64,000 nt of DNA from Gemmatimonadota bacterium (GCA_016713435.1 JADJPD010000010.1:167040-231039), one strand, 5' to 3'; positions 9,327 to 19,579 are shown, numbered from the stretch's first letter. The notes: generated by a model from the letters alone, not told the origin. Numbers and translations are program-made.

Positions 9327-10229
9327 GTGACCGCCGCCCCCGCCTTCCGCCCGCTTCCGCCCCGTCCCGGCACCCCGCACCTCTTCTCGGTGGACGTCGA
9401 GGACTACTTCCAGGTGGTGGCCTTCGAGGGCCTGGTGGCCCGCGCCGACTGGGACCGCCACCCGAGCCGCGTCGAGGCCAACACCGACCGCCTGCTGGCC
9501 CTCCTCGCCGAGCGGAACGTCCGCGGCACCTTCTTCACGCTGGGCTGGGTGGCCCGGAAGTGCCCCGCGCTGGTGGCCCGCATCGCCGCCGCCGGCCACG
9601 AGGTGGCGTCCCACGGCGAGTGGCACCGCCGCGTCACCACCCTCACCCCCGACCAGTTCCGCGAGGAGCTCCGCGCCTCCAAGGCCGACCTGGAGAGCGC
9701 CGGCGGCCGGGCGGTCCTCGGCTTCCGGGCGCCGAGCTTCTCGATCATTCCCGGGCTGGAGTGGGCCTTCGACGTGCTGCTCGAGGAAGGCTACCGCTAC
9801 GACTCGAGCCTCTTCCCCATCCACCGCCCCGACTACGGCTACCCGACCGCCCCCGCGGTGCCCTTCCTGATCGAGCGCCCCGGCGGCACCCTGCTCGAGA
9901 TCCCGCTGGCCACCACCAGCGTCCTGGGCCTCCGGGTCCCGGCGGCCGGCGGCGGCTACCTGCGGCAGTTCCCCCTGGGCCTCGTCCGCCGCGCCTTCCG
10001 TGAGGCGGAGGGGCAGGGATTCCCGGCCGCCTTCTATATCCATCCCTGGGAATACGACCCCGGCCAGCCCCGCCTCCCCTGCGGCCGGGTCACCGCCTTC
10101 CGGCACTACCGGAACCTCCACCAGACCTGGCCCCGCATGGCGACGCTGCTCACCGAGTTCCGCTTCGGCTCCATCCAGGACGCCTACGGCGACCTGCTCG
10201 GCCTGGCCCCGGCGCGGGGGGCCGCGTGA
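9327..10229 (+). CDS. Polysaccharide deacetylase (resembles the PEP-CTERM-locus subfamily)
   Basis: ORF 9327..10229. FSVDVEDYFQV..., NVRGTFFTLGWV, HEVASHG, then the C-terminal extension typical of the EPS-locus deacetylases described with the PEP-CTERM/EpsH system. Confidence 0.85.
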   Translation: MTAAPAFRPLPPRPGTPHLFSVDVEDYFQVVAFEGLVARADWDRHPSRVEANTDRLLALLAERNVRGTFFTLGWVARKCPALVARIAAAGHEVASHGEWHRRVTTLTPDQFREELRASKADLESAGGRAVLGFRAPSFSIIPGLEWAFDVLLEEGYRYDSSLFPIHRPDYGYPTAPAVPFLIERPGGTLLEIPLATTSVLGLRVPAAGGGYLRQFPLGLVRRAFREAEGQGFPAAFYIHPWEYDPGQPRLPCGRVTAFRHYRNLHQTWPRMATLLTEFRFGSIQDAYGDLLGLAPARGAA

Positions 10230-11249
10230 GCCTCACCGTGGCGCCCTTCACGGGCGCGGCCGCCGAGTGGGATGGGTTCGTCAGGCAGCAGGCGGGTTCA
10301 CCCACTTCCACCTGCACGGCTGGAAGGGGATCTACGAGGGGACCGTCGGGCACGAGTGCCTCTACCTGGAGGCGCGGGAGGATGGCGTCCTGCAGGGCGT
10401 GCTGCCGCTGGTGCGGGTGAAGAGCCTGCTCTTTGGCCACTACCTGGTGTCCATGCCCTTCGTGAACTACGGCGGGCCGCTCGGCACCGACGCCGCGGTG
10501 CAGGCGCTGGCCACCTGGGCGGCCGAGCGGGCGCAGGCGGATGGCGTGAAGCTGCTGGAGCTCCGCAGCCGCCGCGAGCTGCCGCTCTCGCTCGCCTGCT
10601 CGCACCGGAAGATCACCGTGGTGCTGGACCTGCCGGGGACCCCCGAGGCGCTGATGAAGAGCTTCGAGTCCAAGCTCCGCAGCCAGGTGCGCCGGCCGGG
10701 GAAGGAGGGCGTGACCTACCGCTTCGGGCCGGACCAGGTGGAGCCGTTCTTCCAGGTCTTTGCACGCCACATGCGGGACCTCGGCACGCCCACGCAGCCC
10801 CGGCGCCTCTTCCAGGCCATCGCCGACACCTTTCCCGACGCGTGGTTCGGGACGGCCTGGCTCAAGGACGAGCCGATCGCCTGCGGGGCGGGGTTCGTGT
10901 GGGGGCGCGAGTTCGAGATGACGTGGGCGTCGTCCCTCTACAGCCACCAGAAGATCGCGCCCAACATGGGGCTCTACTTCGCCTTCATGGAGCGGGCGAT
11001 GGCGGAGCAGCTCACGCTCTTCAACTTCGGCCGCTGCTCGCCGGGGTGGGGACGCACCGCTTCAAGAAGCAGTGGGGGAGCCGGGACGAGCAGCTCTGGT
11101 GGTACCAGGCGGGCGCGGCGGCGGAGGAGGGCGGGGGCACCCCGTCGCCGGACCAGGGCGCCTACAGCTGGGGCCCGCGGGTGTGGCAGAAGCTCCCGCT
11201 GCCGCTGGCCACGGCCATGGGGCCCATGATCGTGCGCGGCATTCCGTGA
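10226..11249 (+). pseudogene. FemAB-family (peptidoglycan-bridge-like) acyl/aminoacyl transferase, PEP-CTERM-locus type; two frame breaks (~10291-10298, ~11041-11050)
   Basis: VSLTVAPFTGAAAEWDGFVRQQAG (ORF 10226) -> FTHFHLHGWKGIYEG...LFNFGRCSPG (ORF 10000..11229 frame) -> VGTHRFKKQWGSRDEQLWWYQ... (ORF 10272..11249 frame). GTGA overlap with the upstream gene. Confidence 0.75.
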
Positions 11250-12430
11250 GCTGGCGGCGGCTCCCTCCCGTCCACTCGCCGCTCTCCGCGGCGGCCATCG
11301 GCGCCGGCTTCGGCGCCGCGCTCATTCCGGCCCGGGCCGCGCTGGCGCGGGCGGAGGTGGAGCAGTGGCTGCAGGCCACCTACGCCCCGGCCGCCTGGCG
11401 CTGGACCGACAGCGGCACCAGCGCCCTGGCGCTGGCGCTCCGCCTGGCCAGCGAGGAGGGGCGCCGGCCGGTGGCGCTCCCCGCCTACGGCTGCTACGAC
11501 CTGGCCACCGCCTGCGACGCCGCCGGGGTGCGTGTCTTCCTCTATGATGTGGACCCCGCCACGCTGGGCCCCGACTGGGCCTCGCTGGAGCAGGCGCTCC
11601 AGGCGGGCGCCGGCGTGGTGGTGGCGGTGCACCTCTACGGCGTGCCGGTGGACCTGGACCGCCTGGCGGAGCTGGCCGGGCGCCACGGCGCGGTGGTGGT
11701 GGAGGATGCCGCGCAGGGGATCGGCGGGAGCTGGCGCGGTCGCCCGCTCGGCGCGCACGGGGCGCTCAGCGTCCTGAGCTTTGGCCGCGGCAAGGGCAAC
11801 ACGAGCGGCGGCGGCGGCGCGCTGCTGGTGCACGACGCGCGCTATGCGGGGCAGCTGCCGGACCTGCCGCCGGGCGGGGCGGGGATGGTGGCGGTGGCCA
11901 AGACGGGGGTGCAGTATCTGCTGGCGCGGCCGGCGCTGTATGCGATCCCGGCGTCGCTGCCGTTCCTGGGGCTGGGGGAAACGGTGTATCACCCGGCACA
12001 CCCACCCCGTGGAATGAGCTCCAGCGGTTTCGGCCTCCTCTCACGCAGCCTTCTGGAGGTCGACGGTGACGCCGCCGTCCGTCGGAGGAATGCCGTACGC
12101 CTGACTGCCCTCATCGGTCGCCCCGTGCGGCCGGCCAGCCCGAGCGCCGGTGGTAACCCCGGCCACCTCCGCTTTCCTGTTGTGGTCGATCCCGATCTTC
12201 GGCCTTCCGCGCTCGAGGCCGGACGCCGGCTCGGCCTTCAACCGGGATATCCCACCTCGCTGCCCGCCTTGGGTGAGCCGTTTGTGAGTCATGCCACAGC
12301 CCAAGGCACCCTACCTGGCGCTACCTTACTCGCCCGGGCGGTAGTCACGGCGCCCGTCCACGCTTTCATGTCTGAATCTGAGCTAGCCCTGCTGGCGATG
12401 ATGATCCGGCAGGCGCTTCCGCGCGCCTAG
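11246..12430 (+). CDS. DegT/DnrJ/EryC1/StrS-family PLP-dependent aminotransferase-like protein
   Basis: Frame of ORF 11072..12430. GTG 11246 overlaps the FemAB stop. ...TDSGTSALALAL..., VVEDAAQGIGG, SFGRGKGNTSGGGGAL (PLP-Lys region). Codon usage drops in GC3 after ~12000. Confidence 0.7.
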   Translation: MSWRRLPPVHSPLSAAAIGAGFGAALIPARAALARAEVEQWLQATYAPAAWRWTDSGTSALALALRLASEEGRRPVALPAYGCYDLATACDAAGVRVFLYDVDPATLGPDWASLEQALQAGAGVVVAVHLYGVPVDLDRLAELAGRHGAVVVEDAAQGIGGSWRGRPLGAHGALSVLSFGRGKGNTSGGGGALLVHDARYAGQLPDLPPGGAGMVAVAKTGVQYLLARPALYAIPASLPFLGLGETVYHPAHPPRGMSSSGFGLLSRSLLEVDGDAAVRRRNAVRLTALIGRPVRPASPSAGGNPGHLRFPVVVDPDLRPSALEAGRRLGLQPGYPTSLPALGEPFVSHATAQGTLPGATLLARAVVTAPVHAFMSESELALLAMMIRQALPRA

Positions 12431-12683
12431 GCAGACTTGGCCCACCCCCGCAAAAAGGGGTATGTGGGCTCCCTGCTTCAGGTCATGGTACGAAAGCCGC
12501 CTTGACGCGTGGTAAACAATTGAGTCACTTTAGCTTGCAGGCCAGAATCCCGATGCCCCGTTGGGCATGGCACTGCGAAGATGCCGTGGCCCGAGATGTG
12601 AAGCAGGAGAGCATCGACTGGTCGGAATGGCGCCGCCCTGTCCTGGTTGTCTGGCGGCTTGGGCATTCTCGTGGGTACCCTGC

Positions 12684-13514
12684 ATGCGGATCTGGCGGTC
12701 TTCCCGCTCGCTGCTCGTGTTGTTCTTCCTGACTTCCGGTGCCTGCGCGCCCGCGCGGTTGACCGGGCAGTCGACTTGCGAAGGACCCACCCCCCTCCCA
12801 CCTCGACCCAACGAGCCGGGGGGCTTCATCTGCATCACGAACCGTAGCTTCGGCGCTCGCGAGGAGCCGGGGTGGAGCACTCGCCGGGGCAACACCTTCA
12901 CGATCGTCGAGGACAAGTCGGCTCCGGTGTCGCCCCCCTTCGTGGGGCGCGCGCAATTCCCGGTCGGGTATGTGGGCGGAAGCGGGCCGATCAACACTTC
13001 CGCGCAGTTGCGGGGCAAGCGTGTCCGCGAGCTCTATCTCGCGTTCTGGCTGAAGCTCCCTGAGGGCTTCGAGGGGGCCCAGAGCGCCGGCATCAACAAG
13101 GTGCTGCACATCTGGCTGGGCGAACGAAGCGTCGTGGTATTCTCGGCCCAAGGCCGAGGCAGGAACGCGCTGACGCCCCAGATGCGCCTCCAGAACGTCC
13201 GCGCTGACCGCCGGGGAGTGTCTTTCAACCTCAACCCGCAGCGAGAAGCCGTTCCCCAGATCCTCCGGGATCGCTGGTATGAGGTCGAGATTCACCTTCG
13301 CCTGAACTCACCGGGTGAGAGCAACGGCATCGTGGAGTGGTGGCTGGATGGGCGCCCCGCCGGCGAGTATCGCAACGTCGGCTTCCTGAATCCCGGAGAC
13401 GATCTCTATTGGAGTGAGATCTCTTGGAATCCGACATGGGGCGCGCCCAAGGACCGAACCGCCCGGGAGATGTCGATGCTGGTGGACCATTTCTACGTGA
13501 GCGCGAAGCCCTAG
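12684..13514 (+). CDS. Lipoprotein with concanavalin-A-like (polysaccharide-lyase-like) domain, paralog 1
   Basis: In ORF 12561..13514. MRIWRSSRSLLVLFFLTSGACAP signal/lipobox. ...YLAFWLKLPEGFEGAQSAGINKVLHIW...WYEVEIHLRLNSPGESNGIVEWWLDGRPAG...WNPTWGAP... The family assignment is from memory of the Polysacc_lyase/ConA-like fold, not from a search. Confidence 0.6.
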   Translation: MRIWRSSRSLLVLFFLTSGACAPARLTGQSTCEGPTPLPPRPNEPGGFICITNRSFGAREEPGWSTRRGNTFTIVEDKSAPVSPPFVGRAQFPVGYVGGSGPINTSAQLRGKRVRELYLAFWLKLPEGFEGAQSAGINKVLHIWLGERSVVVFSAQGRGRNALTPQMRLQNVRADRRGVSFNLNPQREAVPQILRDRWYEVEIHLRLNSPGESNGIVEWWLDGRPAGEYRNVGFLNPGDDLYWSEISWNPTWGAPKDRTAREMSMLVDHFYVSAKP

Positions 13515-13594
13515 TCGCGCTGCAGTTTCCCGAGATCAGGAAGAAGCCATGAGGTACGAAGGGATGCCGTCTCAACGGCGCGGTATGTGGGCGC

Positions 13595-16001
13595 GTGCAG
13601 CGCCTTGTCTTGCTCGCAGTGGGCAGCCTGAGCTGCACCGCCGACCTGCTGAACACCAGCGGTGGCAACCAGCCGCCGCCGGGCGTGCTGGTCGTGGCAC
13701 CGGTGCAGTTCGACCTGAACGCACAGGTTGGCCAGGGAAACCTGGTGCCCATCCAGGTACAAGTCACGGCGGGCACCACCGACGACGTCTCGGGCCTCAC
13801 GCTGGGCAATCCGCAGTTCGTCGGCCCATCCGGGTGGCTCTCTGCCCAGCTCAACGGCACTACGGCGCCCAGCCACACTGACACTGAACCTCGCCAACAC
13901 CTCGTTGGCCGAGGGGTACTACTCAGCCACGATCCCGATCATCTCTGCCAGTTCGGGCAACAGCCCGCAGAACGTCATCGTCACCCTGACGGTCGCGTCG
14001 GCTCCAGTCATCGAGCTGTCCGCGGACACGGCCCACTTCGCGGCGACGTCCGGCGGCTCGAATCCCGCCGCGGTGACGGTCCAAGTGGACAACGGCGGCA
14101 CGGCCACGCTGAACCAGCTCACGGTCCTCTCCACCACCTACTCGCCAGTGGTCGGCACTCCTTGGCTGACGGCCAACCTCGGCGCGGCAACGGCACCCAC
14201 CACCTTGAACTTGTCCGCCGCGGTGGGCGCGCTTACGGCCGGGAGTTACGGTGCCAGGGTGATCCTGCAGGGTGTCGGCGGCGTTCGGGACACGCTCGAC
14301 GTTGGCTTCGACGTCGCCGCGGCACCCGTGCCTCCCCGCATCGCGATGGTGCAGGACTCCGCTGATCTTCACGGCTACGAGCGGAGGGAACGACCCGAAT
14401 TCCCAGGTCGTCAACATCACCAACACCGGTGGCGGCACCCTGAGCGCCCTCAGCCGGACCATCACCTATCAGGCAGGGGGATCCGGGCTGGCTCACCGCG
14501 ACACTCGCAGCACCACGGGACCCACGACGCTGACCTTCGCACCGCAGACCGGCCAGCTTGCCGCCGGGACCTATCGTGCGACGGTGGTGGTGACCGATCC
14601 GGCGTCGGCCAACTCTGACAGCGTACGAGTCCGGTTCACGCTGAGCGCACCGCCGCGCATTGGCGTAAGCCCCGCCACGGTGGCTTTCGCGGCCGCCAGC
14701 GGTGGCGCCAACCCCGGCGCAGCAGCGGTTTCTGTCACCAACACGGGCGGCGGGTCCGTCACGGGTCTGCAACTCGGCACCATTGCTTACGGGGCCGGCC
14801 AGCCGACCAATTGGCTCACGGCCACCCTGAACGGCACCACCGCGCCTGCCACGATCACCTTGCGCGCCACGGTCGGTGCCCTCACGGCGGGCCTGTACAC
14901 TGCGAGCGTGCCCGTCAGCTCGGCACTCGGCATCCCGTCGCAGGTGGTGAACGTCAACTTCACGCTCTCCGGCGGCCAGGGCGCGATCGTCGGCCTGCTC
15001 GGGCTCAACCAGAACGGCTTCACCGACTCCGTCCTGCCCCAGCAGGTCGTGGTCCGGGTCCTTGATGCCAACAGCAACCCCGTGGTGGGGGCCACGGTCG
15101 GCTGGACTCCCGGCCAGGGCGGCAGCATCGTCAACGCCACGACCGTGACGGATAACAACGGCGAAGCCAAGACCTCGTGGCGACTCGGGCCTGCGGCCGG
15201 GCCGCAGACGCTCACGGCGACGTCAGGCGGTCTAACTCCGTATGTCGTCAACGCGGTGGGCAGCAGCGCTAACGGGGGCAACTACCCCGGGGAGCCACCG
15301 GGCTTCACCGTCATCAGCAACCGGCGCTTCGATGCGAAGGTCGAGGACGGCTGGTTGGATCGTGGAGACGCCAACTTCTCGATCGCCACCGACGCTTCCG
15401 CGCCGATCTCGGCGCCCAATGTCGGACAGTCCCTGTTCCCCCAGGGCTTCACCGGAGGCCGCGGGCCGATCAACACCTACCGCGTGATCGGGCAGTACAA
15501 CCGGAAGCAGATGTACCTGTCCTTCTGGTTCAAGCTGTCCCCAACTGGTACGGAGGGGCTACGAACGGGGTGAACAAGGTGCTGCATCTGTGGATCAACG
15601 GCGGGAGCGTGGTGGTCTTCTCGGCTCAGGGCCAGACCACGAACTCGATCGCGCCCCAGATGCGGCTCCAGAACATCGAGGCTGACGCTCGAGGCATCTC
15701 CTTCAACCTGAACCCGAACCTCTTGCCCACGGCACGCCTGATCCGTGGCCAGTGGCACCGGGTCGAGATCCTCCTCAAGTCCAACACTCCGGGCGTTCAG
15801 GACGGAGAGGTGGACTGGTGGTTGGATGGGGTGAAGATCGCCGCCTACACCGATGTCGGCTTCGTTGCCTCGGGCAACGTGACGCCGGGCGCCGTGAACT
15901 GGCAGCAGGTCTCCTGGAATCCGACGTACGGCGGGCCCGCGGACGTGGTGCCGGCCAATCAGTACATGCAGATCGACCAGTTCTACATCAGCGGCAAGTA
16001 G
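13595..16001 (+). pseudogene. Large lipoprotein: 4 tandem ~108-aa Ig-like repeats + Big-like domain + ConA-like domain (paralog 2); at least 3 frame breaks (13868-13871, ~14352-14362, C4 run 15539-15542)
   Basis: VQRLVLLAVGSLSCT lipobox. Pieces in ORFs 13595, 13728, 14272 and 15570 join colinearly. The C-terminus ...FKLS|PNWYGGATNGVNKVLHLWINGGSVVVFSAQG...WHRVEILLKSNTPGVQDGEVDWWLDG matches paralogs 1 and 3. Confidence 0.7.
13682..14970 (+). repeat. Four tandem ~324-nt coding repeats (Ig-like/BACON-like modules)
   Basis: Each unit: ..F.A.SGG.NP....V.V.N.GGG.L..L......Y......WL(T/S)A.L.G(T/A)TAP.T(L/I).L......L.AG.Y.A.V.V..........V.F(T/D)(L/V). Unit boundaries ~13682, 13995, 14316, 14644, 14970. 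Confidence 0.75.
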
Positions 16002-16014
16002 AAGGGGGGGTCAC

Positions 16015-16919
16015 TTACAGGGCCCGAATCCAACTTCTCGACATGACGGGCCGTCCTCGTCCAGGCACCACGTCCTGAGATGAGGGCGGCCCGCAAGCCG
16101 ACCACCCCACGCCACACTGCATAGCCGGGGGAGTCGGAGGAGGGCGCTCACTGTAGCGCCGGGTTCCGGGGTGAGAGCGGAGCGCGAGGGCCGCGTACAG
16201 CGCTGGCTGGAGGGCCCCGGTTGAGAAGAGCGCGGCACTCAGCTCCCAGCCTTCGGTGATGGTCTCCACCCGCCACGGCTCACGGCGGAGCAGCGTGGTA
16301 CCGAGCACCGTGCCATCGCCGGTGAGCGGGACGTTGAGCCCCGCGTGCACCTTGAGGGGCATGGCGATGCCGTAGCGGGAACGGGTGAGCAGGCCGGCCA
16401 GGCGTGTCAGCCAGTTTTCGAACTCGTTGCTCATGCCATCGTAGCTCTGGACGGCCTTGTCCTCGAGCGGGGCGAAGCGCATCAGCTCCCGGCTGTACTG
16501 GGAATCGAGGATGGTGTCGGCGTCCACGATGACCACGGCGGCCCACCGCTCGAGGGGCAGTTCTCGAGCGCCCACTTGATCGCGTGGCCCTTCCCGCGAT
16601 CCGTGGCCGAACTACGCTCCAGCACCACGGCTCCGGCCTCGCGCGCGAGCTCCGCAGTACGGTCGCTGCAGTTGTCGGCGATGACCGCCACGGTCAGCAG
16701 CTCAGGCGGGTAGTCCTGCGCCAGCAGGGAGCGCACGGCGCGCTGGACGAGCATCTCCTCGTCGTGGGCCGGGACGATGAACACGAGCGGCTGGGGCTCC
16801 TGCCGCGGAGGGTCGGGACGCCGTCGGCCAAGGCCAGCCAGCATCATCGCAAAGTCCGCGACCGCGGGCAGCGCGACGACCATCGAGAGCACCAGGGCGA
16901 CCAGGCCAAGAACGAGCAT
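16015..16919 (-). pseudogene. Family-2 glycosyltransferase (membrane-anchored), frame break ~16561 and apparently truncated/degenerate C-terminus
   Basis: MLVLGLVALVLSMVV...PLVFIVPAHDEE...VIADNCSDRT...DRGKGHAIKWALE (ORF 16482..17099) -> LPLERWAAVVIVDADT...ITEGWELS (ORF 16015..16575). No clear QxxRW or C-terminal TM helices before it abuts the convergent gene end at 16001. Confidence 0.65.
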
Positions 16920-16930
16920 GCGATCCGGGA

Positions 16931-17896
16931 TCAGGAGGTGGAAAGCGCGGGGCGTCGAAGGCGCCAGGCCGCCGGCAGGGCGACCGCCCGTGCCGCAAAG
17001 TACACCCAGTAGAGCAGCACGCCGAGCACGATGGGCGGCCATCGACGCGCCATCACCCCACGGTACACCACGGTGACGAGCGGAACGGCGAGAAACCATG
17101 CAACTCCGGCCAGGCGGGCTGTCGGCGAAGCCCCCGCCAGAATCATCCCCACGCCGGCGGCTGTCGTGGCCAGAAAAGCGAGCGTCATCAGGAACGGCCG
17201 GTCAAGGCTGCCGAGCCGCACTGTTCCCAAGGCGCCGAGCGCGTGCCAATACTCCTTGCGAAAGAAGGCCCCGAGGGACCGGGGATTCCCGAGGTGCTGG
17301 GCCGTGATCGAACGGTCCTGCCAGAGGACGGCTCCGCGGTCCGCCAGCCGCTGGCACAGCTCGGCGTCCTCTCCGGTGGGCAAGATCTCGCTGAAGCCGC
17401 CTGCCGCCGCGAAGATCGCTCGCCGCACGGCGAAATTCCCGGCGTTGATCATGCCGGCTGGCCCATCCTGGGCGGGGAAGTGCAGGCGGTCCCAGGCAGT
17501 CTCGAGCTGGGTCGGGAGAGCCGGAAGCGCATAATAACAGCCCACTGCGTCTGCCCGGCGCTCCGAAAGAACCTGTCGCACGCGCTCAAACCAGTCCAGG
17601 CTGATCACACAATCCGCATCCACAAAGCAGCAGATCTCTGAATCCGTCGCCGCCGCGCCGGCATTACGCAGGGCGCCGACCGTGAGGGTGGGGCGGTCAA
17701 GAACCGTCACCGCATCCGGGAAGTGCGCCCGGACCACGTCCGGAGTCCCGTCCCGGGAGCCGTTGTCAACGACCGTCACCGCGATTCCCCCCACCCGGGC
17801 GTAAGCCTGCAGAACGGCCGCCAGGCAGGGCAGGATGGTGCTCTTGGCATCCCGGGCAGGGATGATGACAGCGAACTCCCGGCGCGGGGCGGGCAT
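16931..17896 (-). CDS. Family-2 glycosyltransferase
   Basis: ORF 16931..17896, 321 aa. FAVIIPARDA..., VVDNGSRDGT, CCFVDADCV (DxD), TGEDAELC. C-terminal TM helices. Confidence 0.85.
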   Translation of the reverse strand: MPAPRREFAVIIPARDAKSTILPCLAAVLQAYARVGGIAVTVVDNGSRDGTPDVVRAHFPDAVTVLDRPTLTVGALRNAGAAATDSEICCFVDADCVISLDWFERVRQVLSERRADAVGCYYALPALPTQLETAWDRLHFPAQDGPAGMINAGNFAVRRAIFAAAGGFSEILPTGEDAELCQRLADRGAVLWQDRSITAQHLGNPRSLGAFFRKEYWHALGALGTVRLGSLDRPFLMTLAFLATTAAGVGMILAGASPTARLAGVAWFLAVPLVTVVYRGVMARRWPPIVLGVLLYWVYFAARAVALPAAWRLRRPALSTS

Positions 17897-18045
17897 CTCG
17901 GGTGTCAGGAGCCTCGGTCAGGGCCATGTAACGTGACCCAAGTTTATGTACCACAAGGACTTGCTGAAAATGAACTGGCCGTAGTCTTCCTGCAACATGC
18001 CACGGAGATTGCGGTCCGCTCGTCGCCAAGCCACGTTTCGGCCCC

Positions 18046-18061
18046 AGCAATGTCGGTGCCA
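18046..18061 (-). promoter_or_regulatory. Candidate sigma-54 (-24/-12) promoter, minus strand
   Basis: The reverse complement reads TGGCACCGACATTGCT (one mismatch to TGGCACG-N4-TTGCW). Points toward the GT2 operon (start 17896), about 150 nt away. Confidence 0.6.
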
Positions 18062-18065
18062 CGGG

Positions 18066-18081
18066 CGGCCCCGAAATTGCT
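18066..18081 (+). promoter_or_regulatory. Candidate sigma-54 (-24/-12) promoter, plus strand
   Basis: CGGCCCCGAAATTGCT with correct spacing. Lies 55 nt upstream of GTG 18136. Near-identical to the minus-strand element at 30252..30267. Confidence 0.4.
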
Positions 18082-18135
18082 ACGGGGACAAGGAGTTAGC
18101 CTCCCCCTCCTCTGGAGCGATCCGAACCTCGATGG

Positions 18136-19579
18136 GTGCAGCCCCTGAACGCGAAACTGGTCGGCATTCTCAAGCCGACGGCGGACGGATACCGGAACAT
18201 CGTTGCGGCGCTGATGCTCATTTCCATCAGCCGCCTGCACCAGCATTTCAAGTTCCTGAATCCGCTGCGCCCGGCCATGACGCTGGTGCTGCTTGCTGCG
18301 TTCTACGCGTTTGCCAACCCGAAGATGCTGTCGACCGCGCTGGCAACCAAGACGTGGGCTGCGCGCATGATCGCGGCCATCGGGATCATGGCCTGCATCT
18401 CGACGCCGTTCGGGATCTCCATGGGGAACTCGGGGACGTTTATCCTGTACGAGTACTCCAAGACCATCCTGTTCGCCTTTCTGGTGCTCTTCGCCATCCG
18501 CCAGGCCAGCGACCTCTTCCAGTTGGTCTGGGCCGTCGTGCTCGCCGGGGGGGGTCTGGCCTACCTCTCGCTCTTCGTCTTCAAGATCCGTGCGGCGACC
18601 AGCGACGGCTTCGCCCGGATCCAGAACGCCTACAGTTACGACTCGAACGACCTGGGATTCGTCTGCGTTCTCTGCCTCGTCCTCGCCTTGCTGGCCTGGC
18701 AGACCTCCGGTCCACGAGGCAAGACGGTCGCGACCGTGATCATGGCGGGACTCGGTGGTGCCATCGCCCGGACGGGTTCGCGCGGCGCGTTCCTCGCGCT
18801 GGTGGTGGTCGGCGCCGCCATGCTGGTGCTCGTGCGCGGTGTCTCGGTCGGGAAGAAAGTGGCCTTCGTCGGCGTGGTGATGGTGGGGCTGCTGTGGTTC
18901 GCTCCGGCGGGGTACTGGGAGCAGATGAACACCATGAGCAACCCGACGGAGGACTACAACTGGACCTCGGAGACAGGCCGCAAAGCCGTGTTCAAGCGCG
19001 GCATGGCGTACATGATGCAGTTCCCCATCGCCGGGCTCGGGATCGACAACTTCGAGCGCGCCGAGGGTATGCTAAGTGAGCGCGCCAAGGCGCAGGCGCT
19101 GGACCCGTCGTTGCCCGGCATCAAGTGGTCCGCTGCCCACAACTCCTTCCTGCAGGCCGGGGCGGAGATGGGTATCCCCGGCCTTGTCATCATGTGCATC
19201 ATGGTGTTCTCGCCGATCTTCATCTGTGCACGGCTGCGCAAGCAGATGAAGGGCTGGGCCGAGGGCGATGCCGAGCAGCGCTTCCTGTACTTCACTGCCC
19301 TCTACATGCCGGTGGCCTTCATTGGCTTTGGCGTGGGCGGGTTCTTCGTCTCGTTCGCGTACCTCGACCCCCATATACGTGCTGGTGGCGTTCATCGGCG
19401 GGCTTCAGCTTTCCTTTGAAGCTCGCCTGCGCAAGGAAGCGGCTTTGGGTACTGATGGCGCGGTCACCGCACAGGCCGCGTCGCAGTCAGCGCGGCGATA
19501 CCGGGGTGGTCTGCCCCCGGCAGGACCGCGTCAGCCGTCTCCGCTCCCGCCGCCAGTGATGTACCCGCGCGCGCAATGA
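18136..19579 (+). pseudogene. O-antigen ligase/polymerase-like (Wzy_C-type) membrane protein; frame break in C5 run 19368-19372
   Basis: ORF 18136..19419 (about 10 TM; ...RTGSRGAFLALVVV..., GLGIDNF..., AHNSFLQAGAEMGIPGL) continues as ...FAYLDP|IYVLVAFIGGLQLSFEARLRKE in ORF 19268..19579. Start codon uncertain (GTG 18136). Confidence 0.75.
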
